From assembly GCA_964552475.1 (NCBI GenBank), contig CAZKFZ010000002.1, positions 134,160 through 198,159 on the forward strand: a DNA stretch of 64,000 nucleotides, given 5' to 3'. This stretch comes from an uncultured Candidatus Saccharibacteria bacterium. GTDB taxonomy: Bacteria; Patescibacteriota; Saccharimonadia; CAILAD01; BJGX01. Below the pieces are notes generated by a model, which was not told where the DNA came from, did no database searches, and saw only the letters and a program-made list of their open reading frames with translations. The position numbers and the translations under genes are program-made. Shown piece by piece: positions 20,214 to 26,859 of the stretch. The number at the start of each line of letters is the position of its first letter. Within the stretch, counting starts at the first letter, position 1.

Positions 20214-20440
20214 TACAAATACCGCGGTACCACCTTGTTTGTTTTTTTAGTAAAAAATTTACTAAAAAAGACCACTTCACTGACTCAGACTCCTCTTATA
20301 AATAGAGAAACGACAACAGCTAGCACATGATTACGGGTGCATCCGAGCCGTCACTTGTGCAACAGCCATCTTTCACTTTTTAGCGAATGGTTTAGCCCCA
20401 ACCCTGCAGTCGATTATTTAATCCGCAGGAACTAAACATA
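20149..20440 (-). promoter_or_regulatory. T-box riboswitch leader controlling the AstE-like-proS-RNHCP operon
   Basis: Minus strand contains the T-box consensus ACAAGGUGGUACCGCGG (plus coordinates about 20222-20236). It folds as a canonical antiterminator: helix A1 ACAAGG/CCUUGU, 7-nt bulge UGGUACC (UGGU complementary to tRNA-Pro ACCA with discriminator A), helix A2 GCGG/CCGC. The A1/A2 3' strands lie in the 5' half of an alternative terminator AAUCCCGCCC...GGGGCGGGAUU followed by UUUUUUAUU. Candidate specifier CCC in GCACCCG upstream. Stem I is not confidently folded. Confidence 0.6.
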
Positions 20441-20509
20441 GATTTTGTACTTGTTAAAAGTTCATTTGACTGTTTTTATTTTAATCTTAATTTATTAAAA
20501 GTCAATACC

Positions 20510-21823
20510 CTAAATACTGTTATTTTTACAGCGTGCTATTGCCGTATCAACTGCCAAACTATCTTGCTTGCCACTATTCATATCTTTCAAGACAACTTGT
20601 TTAGAAGCAACTTCTTGCTCACCAATAACTATAACGTAAGGTACTGATAGTTTGTCGGCATATTTAAATTGTTTATCTACTTTAGTATTTTCTAGGTCTA
20701 CTTGAGTTTTTATTCCTGCTGCTCGAAAATCTTGAACTACCTTTAGTGCCCAATCACGAGCCCCTTCGCCAAAATTAACCACAAACACCTCTACTGGTTT
20801 TTTATTATTGGTGAGTAGTCCGGCCTCTAAAACTGCCGCAAATAGCCTACTAAGGCCCACCGACACACCCACGCCGGGAAGATGTGTTTTGGTATAGAAA
20901 TCAGCTAGATTATCATATCTTCCACCAGAAAGAACTGAGCCAAATTCGGGGTGGTTTTTAAGTACTGTTTCATAAACTGTGCCAGTATAGTAGTCTAGGC
21001 CTCGTACTATTCTTAGATCAAGCATATATTGTGAATCATCAACATTTAGAGCTTTTACCTGTGCGAGTAGTTCTGTTATTTCTGTGAGCCCAACTTTGAA
21101 AGTTTGGTTTTCTATAGACAACCCTTTGAGTTGGTTCAATACCTCGTCTGAACTACCATAAATATTTACAAAATCAATTATTTGACTAGAGTCGTCGTCT
21201 CCACAACCAACGCTTTTAAGCATTGTTACAACTTCGTCTTTGCCTATTTTATCTAGTTTGTCGATAGCTCTTAGTATGTCGCTTGTTTTGTCTTGTAGGC
21301 CGAGTGCCTCCAAAAAACCACTAAGTAATTTGCGATTGCTTATTCGCACACTAAAATCACCCAACTTCAAAGATTTAAATATATCTGCGCTCAAAGCCAC
21401 TAGCTCGGCGTCGTGCCCAATACTAGAACTACCAATTATGTCGGCGTCACACTGATAGAATTCCCTGTATCTACCTTTTTGAGCTCTTTCGGCACGCCAA
21501 ACCTTTTGCATCTGATAGCGTCTAAATGGAAAGGTAAGATCATTTTCGTGTTCTGCTACGTAGCGAGCCAAGGGCACGGTGAGATCGTAGTGCAAAGTAT
21601 ACTCTTTGTCACCTTTACTAAATCTATAAACCTCTTTTTCTGTCTCGCCACCTCCCTTTGCTAACAACACTTCGGCTAACTCAATGGCGGGAGTCTCGAT
21701 AGGCAAAAAACCGTACCTTTCATATACAATCCTTATTTCATCTAGCATGTTTTGTAAAAGCGCCTGTTGTTGCGGTAGATACTCAACAAATCCAGATGGT
21801 CGCCTAGGAGTAACTCTATTCAT
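20510..21823 (-). CDS. hisS: Histidyl-tRNA synthetase
   Basis: Class II motif 2 region FRRYQMQKVWRAERAQKGRYREFYQCDADIIG and HisRS C-terminal anticodon-binding domain. Confidence 0.92.
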   Translation of the reverse strand: MNRVTPRRPSGFVEYLPQQQALLQNMLDEIRIVYERYGFLPIETPAIELAEVLLAKGGGETEKEVYRFSKGDKEYTLHYDLTVPLARYVAEHENDLTFPFRRYQMQKVWRAERAQKGRYREFYQCDADIIGSSSIGHDAELVALSADIFKSLKLGDFSVRISNRKLLSGFLEALGLQDKTSDILRAIDKLDKIGKDEVVTMLKSVGCGDDDSSQIIDFVNIYGSSDEVLNQLKGLSIENQTFKVGLTEITELLAQVKALNVDDSQYMLDLRIVRGLDYYTGTVYETVLKNHPEFGSVLSGGRYDNLADFYTKTHLPGVGVSVGLSRLFAAVLEAGLLTNNKKPVEVFVVNFGEGARDWALKVVQDFRAAGIKTQVDLENTKVDKQFKYADKLSVPYVIVIGEQEVASKQVVLKDMNSGKQDSLAVDTAIARCKNNSI

Positions 21824-21857
21824 TACTTTATTATCTCTAAAAGCAGCTTACTGGTCA

Positions 21858-21892
21858 ATTAATGTAAAAGTCCACCTCAAAAATGAGGCGGA
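21858..21892 (-). terminator. Rho-independent terminator after the small lipoprotein gene
   Basis: Minus strand AAGTCCGCCTCA-TTTT-TGAGGTGGACTT followed by TTTACATT. Confidence 0.45.
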
Positions 21893-21901
21893 CTTAATTT
21901 G

Positions 21902-22180
21902 TTAGTTTACGACTACTCCTGAATCAGATGGTTCGCTAGGCTCAACTGGAATAGACTCGCCCCAGTCGCAGTCAAAGCCAAACCAAGACTTTGAATCTTG
22001 GGAGCCAGTCGACATCGATCCGTACATAACACAATCAATAACTTCTCCGTCAGGAGTAGTGAGCGTAAACCACTCAGCATCGTTTTGGATGTCATCTGTA
22101 GTTGGAGGGTCAGTTTGTCCACAACCAACTAGTAATGAGACGAAAATAAGGCTCAACACGACTACTTTGATAGTTTTCAA
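21902..22180 (-). CDS. Small secreted lipoprotein (lipobox LLVGC)
   Basis: Signal peptide MKTIKVVVLSLIFVSLLVGCGQ. Acidic mature region with two Cys. Confidence 0.55.
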   Translation of the reverse strand: MKTIKVVVLSLIFVSLLVGCGQTDPPTTDDIQNDAEWFTLTTPDGEVIDCVMYGSMSTGSQDSKSWFGFDCDWGESIPVEPSEPSDSGVVVN

Positions 22181-22257
22181 CTATCTTCTCCTTAAGCGAG
22201 AATACTAGTAGGGTGTTTATATTAACATATATAGTGTATTAAGTCAATTGCTTTATA

Positions 22258-22824
22258 CTAATTCTTTGGCTTGGCAACAACTACAACCCTACCGTCAGCA
22301 CTACCGCCTTCGGTGCAGGTATATAGCGTAAGTTTGGCCTCACCGCTCGGCTCTAGAATTGCAGTATCGTTGGGTTGAATTTGAAATTTTTTATCTACCA
22401 AGTAGTAATAAGCTTTGCTATTCCAGTGAACAACAACCTCGTCGCCCACCTCTACTTCATCGAGATTGTAAAAAAATGATTTATTCATCACTTGCCAAGG
22501 AGTGTAACCCCATAAAAAACTATGGGCTGCAAGAATAAAATTTCCTCCGTCTTGAGGGTTACCTCGTTCTGGATACTGGTGCCATGCTCCTTTTTCCAGA
22601 ACTTCAACACTACCTTCATAAATATTTGTATCAATACCTTGTTTCTCTATCAAAACCTTATTTTGAGAGGTTATTGTGGCGTTGGGATGTTTTATATAAT
22701 GATAATATTTGGGTAGATAAAGAATTAATAATAGGTATAACCCAAAAATTATTAGACCAACCGAAACTACACCAAGTGCTATTCTAAACACACTACCCAA
22801 AGAGAATCGTTTTTTACTTTGCAT
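22258..22824 (-). CDS. Sortase (class E-like) transpeptidase
   Basis: N-terminal TM anchor. Catalytic His in NFILAAHS, Cys in LTLYTCTEGG (TLxTC), Arg in GRVVVVA. Paralog of the two sortases at 54.5 and 61.3 kb. Confidence 0.8.
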   Translation of the reverse strand: MQSKKRFSLGSVFRIALGVVSVGLIIFGLYLLLILYLPKYYHYIKHPNATITSQNKVLIEKQGIDTNIYEGSVEVLEKGAWHQYPERGNPQDGGNFILAAHSFLWGYTPWQVMNKSFFYNLDEVEVGDEVVVHWNSKAYYYLVDKKFQIQPNDTAILEPSGEAKLTLYTCTEGGSADGRVVVVAKPKN

Positions 22825-22831
22825 TAGCGAG

Positions 22832-23071
22832 TTACTTCTGTAGTTTGCTTGTGGCAGTTTTTTGTTTGGAGAAGTAATATATATAGAATATTTCTAGTAT
22901 TCCTACTGTATTAACAATTAGAAAAACAATAAACCAAACTTTTTGATCTAGCTTGGCGGCACGCCAGAGAGCCCATCCCTTCCAACATGTACTCCATATA
23001 AACAAAATAATTATCCACCAGATATTTTGATTTATAAAAGTGTTTGCATCCATATTTATATTATACACCAA
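22832..23071 (-). CDS. Small two-TM membrane protein
   Basis: 79 aa, two hydrophobic helices (WIIILFIWSTCW, FIVFLIVNTVGILEIFYIYYF). Confidence 0.4.
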   Translation of the reverse strand: MVYNINMDANTFINQNIWWIIILFIWSTCWKGWALWRAAKLDQKVWFIVFLIVNTVGILEIFYIYYFSKQKTATSKLQK

Positions 23072-23237
23072 TAAAAAAATCTCGCTATCGCGGAGTTTTT
23101 TGGTCGGAGCGAAAGGACAGCGGCAATGCCTTCTCTGTAAAGTACTTGGTCAAAGGGTCAATAAATTTGTTTTTGACACTGCTCTCTTTGCTACACCGAA
23201 CCTTGGGTTTCTTGTCCTTTACAAAATATAAACTAAA

Positions 23238-23266
23238 ACACCCAACTACTGTTGGGTGTTTTAGTT
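23238..23266. terminator. Hairpin terminator immediately 3' of tRNA-Pro
   Basis: CACCCAAC-TACT-GTTGGGTG flanked by A-run/T-run on both strands. Confidence 0.5.
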
Positions 23267-23343
23267 TGGTCGGGGTGAAAGGACTCGAACCTTCGACCTC
23301 TTGGTCCCAAACCAAGCGCGCTAGCCAACTGCGCCACACCCCG
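23267..23343 (-). tRNA. tRNA-Pro (anticodon TGG), CCA encoded
   Basis: Minus strand CGGGGTGTGGCGCAGTTGGCTAGCGCGCTTGGTTTGGGACCAAGAGGTCGAAGGTTCGAGTCCTTTCACCCCGACCA. Anticodon loop TTTGGGA. Confidence 0.85.
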
Positions 23344-23473
23344 TCATCCAAATAATACTTCAATTAGTTAATCAATCAGGTTGTGTTGAACTGATTGGCT
23401 TATGGGAAATAGAAATAAACCCATATCACGCTACTAACCATACCAATAAACCGGTTATTTTTCAACCTGGGTA

Positions 23474-23502
23474 TTGACTTATTTTATCTGTTGAAGTAGC
23501 AT
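23474..23502 (+). promoter_or_regulatory. Candidate promoter TTGACT-N17-TAGCAT upstream of pyrB
   Basis: Sequence match only. Followed by AAAGGAAAG RBS and a TTG start codon. Confidence 0.3.
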
Positions 23503-23538
23503 AGCTCAAGAATCTTCCTAGTAAAAAAGGAAAGTACC

Positions 23539-24558
23539 TTGGCAAAGCCACAGAGGCTATATCATATCCTTAGTTCATCTCAGTTTACGAGAGAGTTCTT
23601 AGAAGACTTCTTTAGGTCTGTTGATAGTTTCGTAACTCAGCTCGGGCAAAGGCCTAGTAAGCCCACAAAAGATATGCTTGCAGCGATGTATCGTAACTAT
23701 CTGATGTTTAATTTCTTCTATGAACCCTCTACTCGCACTAGGTTTTCTTTCGCAACTGCTGGTAACCGTCTTGGTATGAGGGTAGAAGGTACTGACAACG
23801 CTAAGTTGTTCTCTTCTGCAGCCAAAGGTGAGAGCTTGGCTCATACAATCGCTACTTTGAGTGCGATGGCGCCAGATCTCATTGTGATTCGACATCACGA
23901 AAACGGTGAGCTCGAAGAGGTAGCGCATAGAAGTGCAGTACCAATTATCAATGCTGGCGATGGTAGTAACGAACATCCCACCCAGACACTCGTAGACCTA
24001 TATACTATCTATAGAGTGATGGGTAGGTTAGACAACATTCGCATAGCTATTGGCGGAGATCTTAAATATGGTAGAACTGTAAGATCTCTGGTACAAGTAC
24101 TAAGCTTGTTTGATGACATACGACTACTATTTGTTTCTCCCAAGGCGCTATCTATTGATGACGAAACTCGTGCTCATCTGCACATCGCCGGCATACCGTT
24201 TGTGGAAGAATACAAGATCACAGCTAATCTAAGAATTGCTGATGTTGTGTACTGGACACGAACGCAAGCTGAGAGAGCTACTGAAGATGAGCTAGAGTCT
24301 TTTGATCCAGAAGAGTTTAAAATTACTCTTGATACCATGGCGATGTTTAAGCAATCTACGGCACTGCTCCACCCCTTGCCTATCGATAACGAGATTGCGC
24401 CCGATGTAGACAACGACGAGAGAGCCTTGTACTTTACACAAGCAGGATATGGTGTGCCAGTCAGAATGGCGTTAATTGACTATCTTTTGCATGGATACGA
24501 AATACAAGCACCAGAATTCTCGCCCATTGCTGGAGTGGCTAAAATATGGCAACGTTGA
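23539..24558 (+). CDS. pyrB: Aspartate carbamoyltransferase catalytic subunit (TTG start)
   Basis: STRTRFSF carbamoyl-phosphate-binding motif, HPTQ (ATCase-type rather than OTCase HPCQ), and LHPLP near the C-terminus. Confidence 0.78.
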   Translation: MAKPQRLYHILSSSQFTREFLEDFFRSVDSFVTQLGQRPSKPTKDMLAAMYRNYLMFNFFYEPSTRTRFSFATAGNRLGMRVEGTDNAKLFSSAAKGESLAHTIATLSAMAPDLIVIRHHENGELEEVAHRSAVPIINAGDGSNEHPTQTLVDLYTIYRVMGRLDNIRIAIGGDLKYGRTVRSLVQVLSLFDDIRLLFVSPKALSIDDETRAHLHIAGIPFVEEYKITANLRIADVVYWTRTQAERATEDELESFDPEEFKITLDTMAMFKQSTALLHPLPIDNEIAPDVDNDERALYFTQAGYGVPVRMALIDYLLHGYEIQAPEFSPIAGVAKIWQR

Positions 24559-24604
24559 ATATATAAAAACAAAGCTTACCAACTTGGTAAGCTTTTTTAA
24601 TTAT

Positions 24605-24692
24605 TTCATGATGGGTCCGGTGGGACAGCGGCTAACGCCTTCTTCGCTTAAGTAGTGCTCGAAACAAGTTTCTGCTCGCTACTTAGCTACGC
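24605..24692 (-). repeat. Degenerate tRNA-like repeat element (copy A), ending in a tRNA-Lys-type 3' end (CCCACCGGACCCATCA)
   Basis: Minus strand GTGCGGCGTAGCTAAGTAGCGAGCAGAAACTTGTTTCGAGCACTACTTAAGCGAAGAAGGCGTTAGCCGCTGTCCCACCGGACCCATCA. The 5' part resembles a tRNA acceptor/D-arm and the 3' end is a near-copy of the tRNA-Lys T-arm and acceptor, but it does not fold as a cloverleaf. Homologous copies at 41441-41520 and 41583-41650. Confidence 0.45.
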
Positions 24693-24736
24693 CGCACTCA
24701 AAACTGTTGTGGCTTCAAAAACCATGAAGGTTTCAC

Positions 24737-24768
24737 CAAAACAAAACCCCGCCTTAGCGGAGACTTGT
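24737..24768 (-). terminator. Hairpin plus T-tract directly 3' of tRNA-Lys(CTT)
   Basis: Minus strand CTCCGC-TAAG-GCGGGG followed by TTTTGTTTTGG. An equivalent hairpin (CCCCGGC-AAG-CGGGG) occurs at 41545-41575. Confidence 0.45.
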
Positions 24769-24770
24769 TT

Positions 24771-24846
24771 TGGTGGGTCCGGTGGGACTCGAACCCACAA
24801 CCAATTGCTTAAGAGGCAACTGCTCTGCCAATTGAGCTACAGACCC
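24771..24846 (-). tRNA. tRNA-Lys (anticodon CTT), CCA encoded
   Basis: Minus strand GGGTCTGTAGCTCAATTGGCAGAGCAGTTGCCTCTTAAGCAATTGGTTGTGGGTTCGAGTCCCACCGGACCCACCA. Confidence 0.85.
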
Positions 24847-24865
24847 ATGTTGAAAATATTATATA

Positions 24866-25309
24866 TTAATTTGGTTCAAAGAAAAAAACACAAGTATCTT
24901 TTATGTTCGCTCCTTGCTTTTTATAAAATCTATGCGCTTCTACTCTTTTTTCTGACGAGGTGAACTCTAATGTAGCACCTTGTTGCTCTACCCAACGAAC
25001 TATTTCTTGCCAAATAGCATAGCCCACCCCTTTACCACGTATATCGGTACCCGAACTAACAACAAAGTCTTCAAGCCAAGCCTTAGGTTTATGTAGAGTA
25101 ATAATAAGATTCAGCACCGCACAACCAACAATCTCACCCTTGTACTTAGCTACAATTAGTGCCTTCTGAGGATCATCGGAAAGTTTTTGGAGAATTTTTA
25201 GTGATATTTGTTCACTGCTATAGTTATCAGATAAATCTGGCATCAGACTACCTAGAGCTATTGCAATTTCTTGTGTTGGTTTGGTTACTTTATGTGTAGT
25301 AATTTTCAT
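24866..25309 (-). CDS. GNAT family N-acetyltransferase
   Basis: Acetyl-CoA binding motif RGKGVGYAIWQEIVRW and overall 147-aa GNAT architecture. Confidence 0.8.
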   Translation of the reverse strand: MKITTHKVTKPTQEIAIALGSLMPDLSDNYSSEQISLKILQKLSDDPQKALIVAKYKGEIVGCAVLNLIITLHKPKAWLEDFVVSSGTDIRGKGVGYAIWQEIVRWVEQQGATLEFTSSEKRVEAHRFYKKQGANIKDTCVFFFEPN

Positions 25310-25322
25310 ATTTTTAATGTTA

Positions 25323-25399
25323 TGGTACGCCCTGAGGGATTCGAACCCCCGACCTTCTGGTCCGAAGCCAGACGCTCTATCCAGCTGAGCTAAGGGCGC
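25323..25399 (-). tRNA. tRNA-Arg (anticodon TCG), CCA encoded
   Basis: Minus strand GCGCCCTTAGCTCAGCTGGATAGAGCGTCTGGCTTCGGACCAGAAGGTCGGGGGTTCGAATCCCTCAGGGCGTACCA. Confidence 0.85.
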
Positions 25400-25494
25400 A
25401 TATTTAGTTGATTTTTAACCTGTTTATACTAGCATAATTATCTGTATAAAAAAAGAGCTCAAGCTAAATGCCGAGCTCTAAAATAACAAATGTT

Positions 25495-25911
25495 TTATTT
25501 TTTAGTTTCTGGAGTTTCAACAGGCTTTGCGGCAGGAGCAGAAGCTTTTGGTGCACCAGCTTTACCAAGTTTTGAAACTACTACAAACCGGTAAACAATT
25601 GCGCCGAGTATACCAAGAAGTATAACTACTAGTAGCCATAGGGTTTTGTCACTCTCGTTTTCCCAGTTTGTTCTTTTGATTACATCGATAAGCATTAGTA
25701 TCCAGTACACTAGTGCAAAAATACAAAACGCAAACCAAAGTAGAAAGAAAATTAGTGAAAATCCTACTATTCCGGCTGCGGCAGCGCCGTTTGTTGTTGT
25801 TGTAGTAGTACCATAATCATAGTTATAATCTTCTGCACGAGCAATGACGGGTAGAGCTAAGGCTACTAGACCGCTAAGGGCAGATGCTTTTCTAATAATT
25901 GATCTTTTCAT
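25495..25911 (-). CDS. Membrane protein with signal peptide and PLDc_N-like two-helix domain, Ala/Pro/Lys-rich C-terminal tail
   Basis: LLWFAFCIFALVYWILMLIDVIKR...KTLWLLVVILLGILGAIVYRFV resembles the PLD-nuclease N-terminal (PLDc_N) membrane domain. Confidence 0.5.
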   Translation of the reverse strand: MKRSIIRKASALSGLVALALPVIARAEDYNYDYGTTTTTTNGAAAAGIVGFSLIFFLLWFAFCIFALVYWILMLIDVIKRTNWENESDKTLWLLVVILLGILGAIVYRFVVVSKLGKAGAPKASAPAAKPVETPETKK

Positions 25912-26111
25912 AGTTTCTCCTTAATTTAGTGTGATCTTAAATACTATTAAACACCTAAACGTTACCACTTGCAAGTTTAAGACTAATGTACTAACTTTGC
26001 AATTCAAATTTGCCGCTACACATAGAACGTGTGGCTTGTTTTTTGTAGCTACATGACGTATTATATGTTACTGATAGGTACAGATAAAAAGCATATTTGC
26101 ATTGAGAGTTT

Positions 26112-26186
26112 GCGGGTATCGTATAATGATTATTACTCCTGCCTTCCAAGCAGGTGATGCGGGTTTGATTCCCGCTACCCGCTCCA
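26112..26186 (+). tRNA. tRNA-Gly (anticodon TCC), CCA encoded
   Basis: GCGGGTATCGTATAATGATTATTACTCCTGCCTTCCAAGCAGGTGATGCGGGTTTGATTCCCGCTACCCGCTCCA. Confidence 0.8.
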
Positions 26187-26207
26187 TATCGAAATATTGT
26201 ATCGATA

Positions 26208-26253
26208 CAAACAAATAAGCAGAGTCTGGTAAAGGGTTCTGCTTATTTGTTTG
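26208..26253. repeat. Perfect 16-bp inverted repeat hairpin (CAAACAAATAAGCAGA / TCTGCTTATTTGTTTG, 14-nt loop) just 3' of tRNA-Gly
   Basis: Read directly from the sequence. Likely a processing or termination hairpin for the tRNA transcript. Confidence 0.5.
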
Positions 26254-26362
26254 CTAACTACAATACTTTTCCACTTCAAATAAAAACAAGTACCTTTTAT
26301 TTGGCAAAAAAGATTTTTGAAACATTACAACTTGTGCGACAATAATAGATGTGCAGTGTTAT

Positions 26363-26439
26363 GCCCCCGTAGCTCAGCTGGATAGAGCATCGGTTTTCTA
26401 AACCGAGGGTCGTAGGTTCGAATCCTGCCGGGGGTACCA
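26363..26439 (+). tRNA. tRNA-Arg (anticodon TCT), CCA encoded
   Basis: GCCCCCGTAGCTCAGCTGGATAGAGCATCGGTTTTCTAAACCGAGGGTCGTAGGTTCGAATCCTGCCGGGGGTACCA. Anticodon loop TTTCTAA. Confidence 0.85.
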
Positions 26440-26460
26440 ACGTCATATATAAGTTTTTTT

Positions 26461-26611
26461 TCTCTAAACCGATTTATAAAGCTTGCTTTGTAAATCGAAA
26501 GGAGAAAATCATGCGATTATTGTAGGCGATTACGACAGTATTCGTCGAAGGTAGGTATGTTCTTCTAAACCAATTCATAAAACTTGTTTTGTGAATTGAA
26601 AGGAAGAATAG
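26461..26611 (+). repeat. Two copies (26461-26510 and 26561-26611) of a roughly 50-nt element between tRNA-Arg and tRNA-His. Each is a hairpin with TTG loop followed by AAAGGAG/AAAGGAAG and a 4-5 codon mini-ORF.
   Basis: tctctaaaccGATTTATAAAGCttgCTTTGTAAATCgaaaggagaaaatcATGCGATTATTGTAG versus tcttctaaaccaATTCATAAAACttgTTTTGTGAATTgaaaggaagaatagTGTGTAAATAA. 100-nt periodicity. Confidence 0.4.
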
Positions 26612-26673
26612 TGTGTAAATAAAAGTGATAGAATCGGTCTATCACGATAGTTGTAACACTATTCTGACGCCGC

Positions 26674-26751
26674 GGTGGGTGTAGCTCAGTTGGTTAGAGC
26701 GTCTGGTTGTGGTCCAGAAGGTCGTGGGTTCGAGACCCATCACTCACCCCA
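26674..26751 (+). tRNA. tRNA-His (anticodon GTG) with encoded G-1 and discriminator C73, CCA encoded
   Basis: gGTGGGTGTAGCTCAGTTGGTTAGAGCGTCTGGTTGTGGTCCAGAAGGTCGTGGGTTCGAGACCCATCACTCACCCCA. The extra 5' G pairing with C73 is the bacterial tRNA-His hallmark. Confidence 0.85.
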
Positions 26752-26859
26752 TAATTTGTTTAAAAAAAGAAGGTTATATTAGACTTCTTTTTTTAAATAT
26801 ACACTCCACAAACATCATATTATTTACTAATATTACGAATAAAAGAAAAGGCAGTTATA

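Noticed and set aside
20050-20510. Considered whether the 460-nt gap between hisS and the AstE-like gene holds tmRNA, RNase P RNA or SRP RNA (5'-GGGGCUAAACC-like start, AGGAAAGG motif).
   Set aside because: No tRNA-like T-arm/ACCA end for tmRNA. The GGAAAG motif sits downstream of a strong terminator, leaving no room for RNase P. The T-box consensus plus antiterminator/terminator architecture explains the region far better.
23044-23363. Track ORFs 23044-23355 (+) and 23085-23363 (-).
   Set aside because: They overlap tRNA-Pro and its terminator. They are products of the tRNA sequence being read as codons, with no RBS.
24605-24692. Possibility that the tRNA-like repeat is a functional long-arm tRNA (Ser/Leu/Sec) or a tRNA with an intron.
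   Set aside because: No 5' strand complementary to the GGACCCA acceptor 3' strand. Cannot be drawn as a cloverleaf. A second copy lacks the tRNA 3' end altogether.
24655-24963. Track ORF 24655-24963 (+) (102 aa).
   Set aside because: Runs antisense through tRNA-Lys(CTT) and the pseudo-tRNA repeat into the GNAT gene. Spurious.
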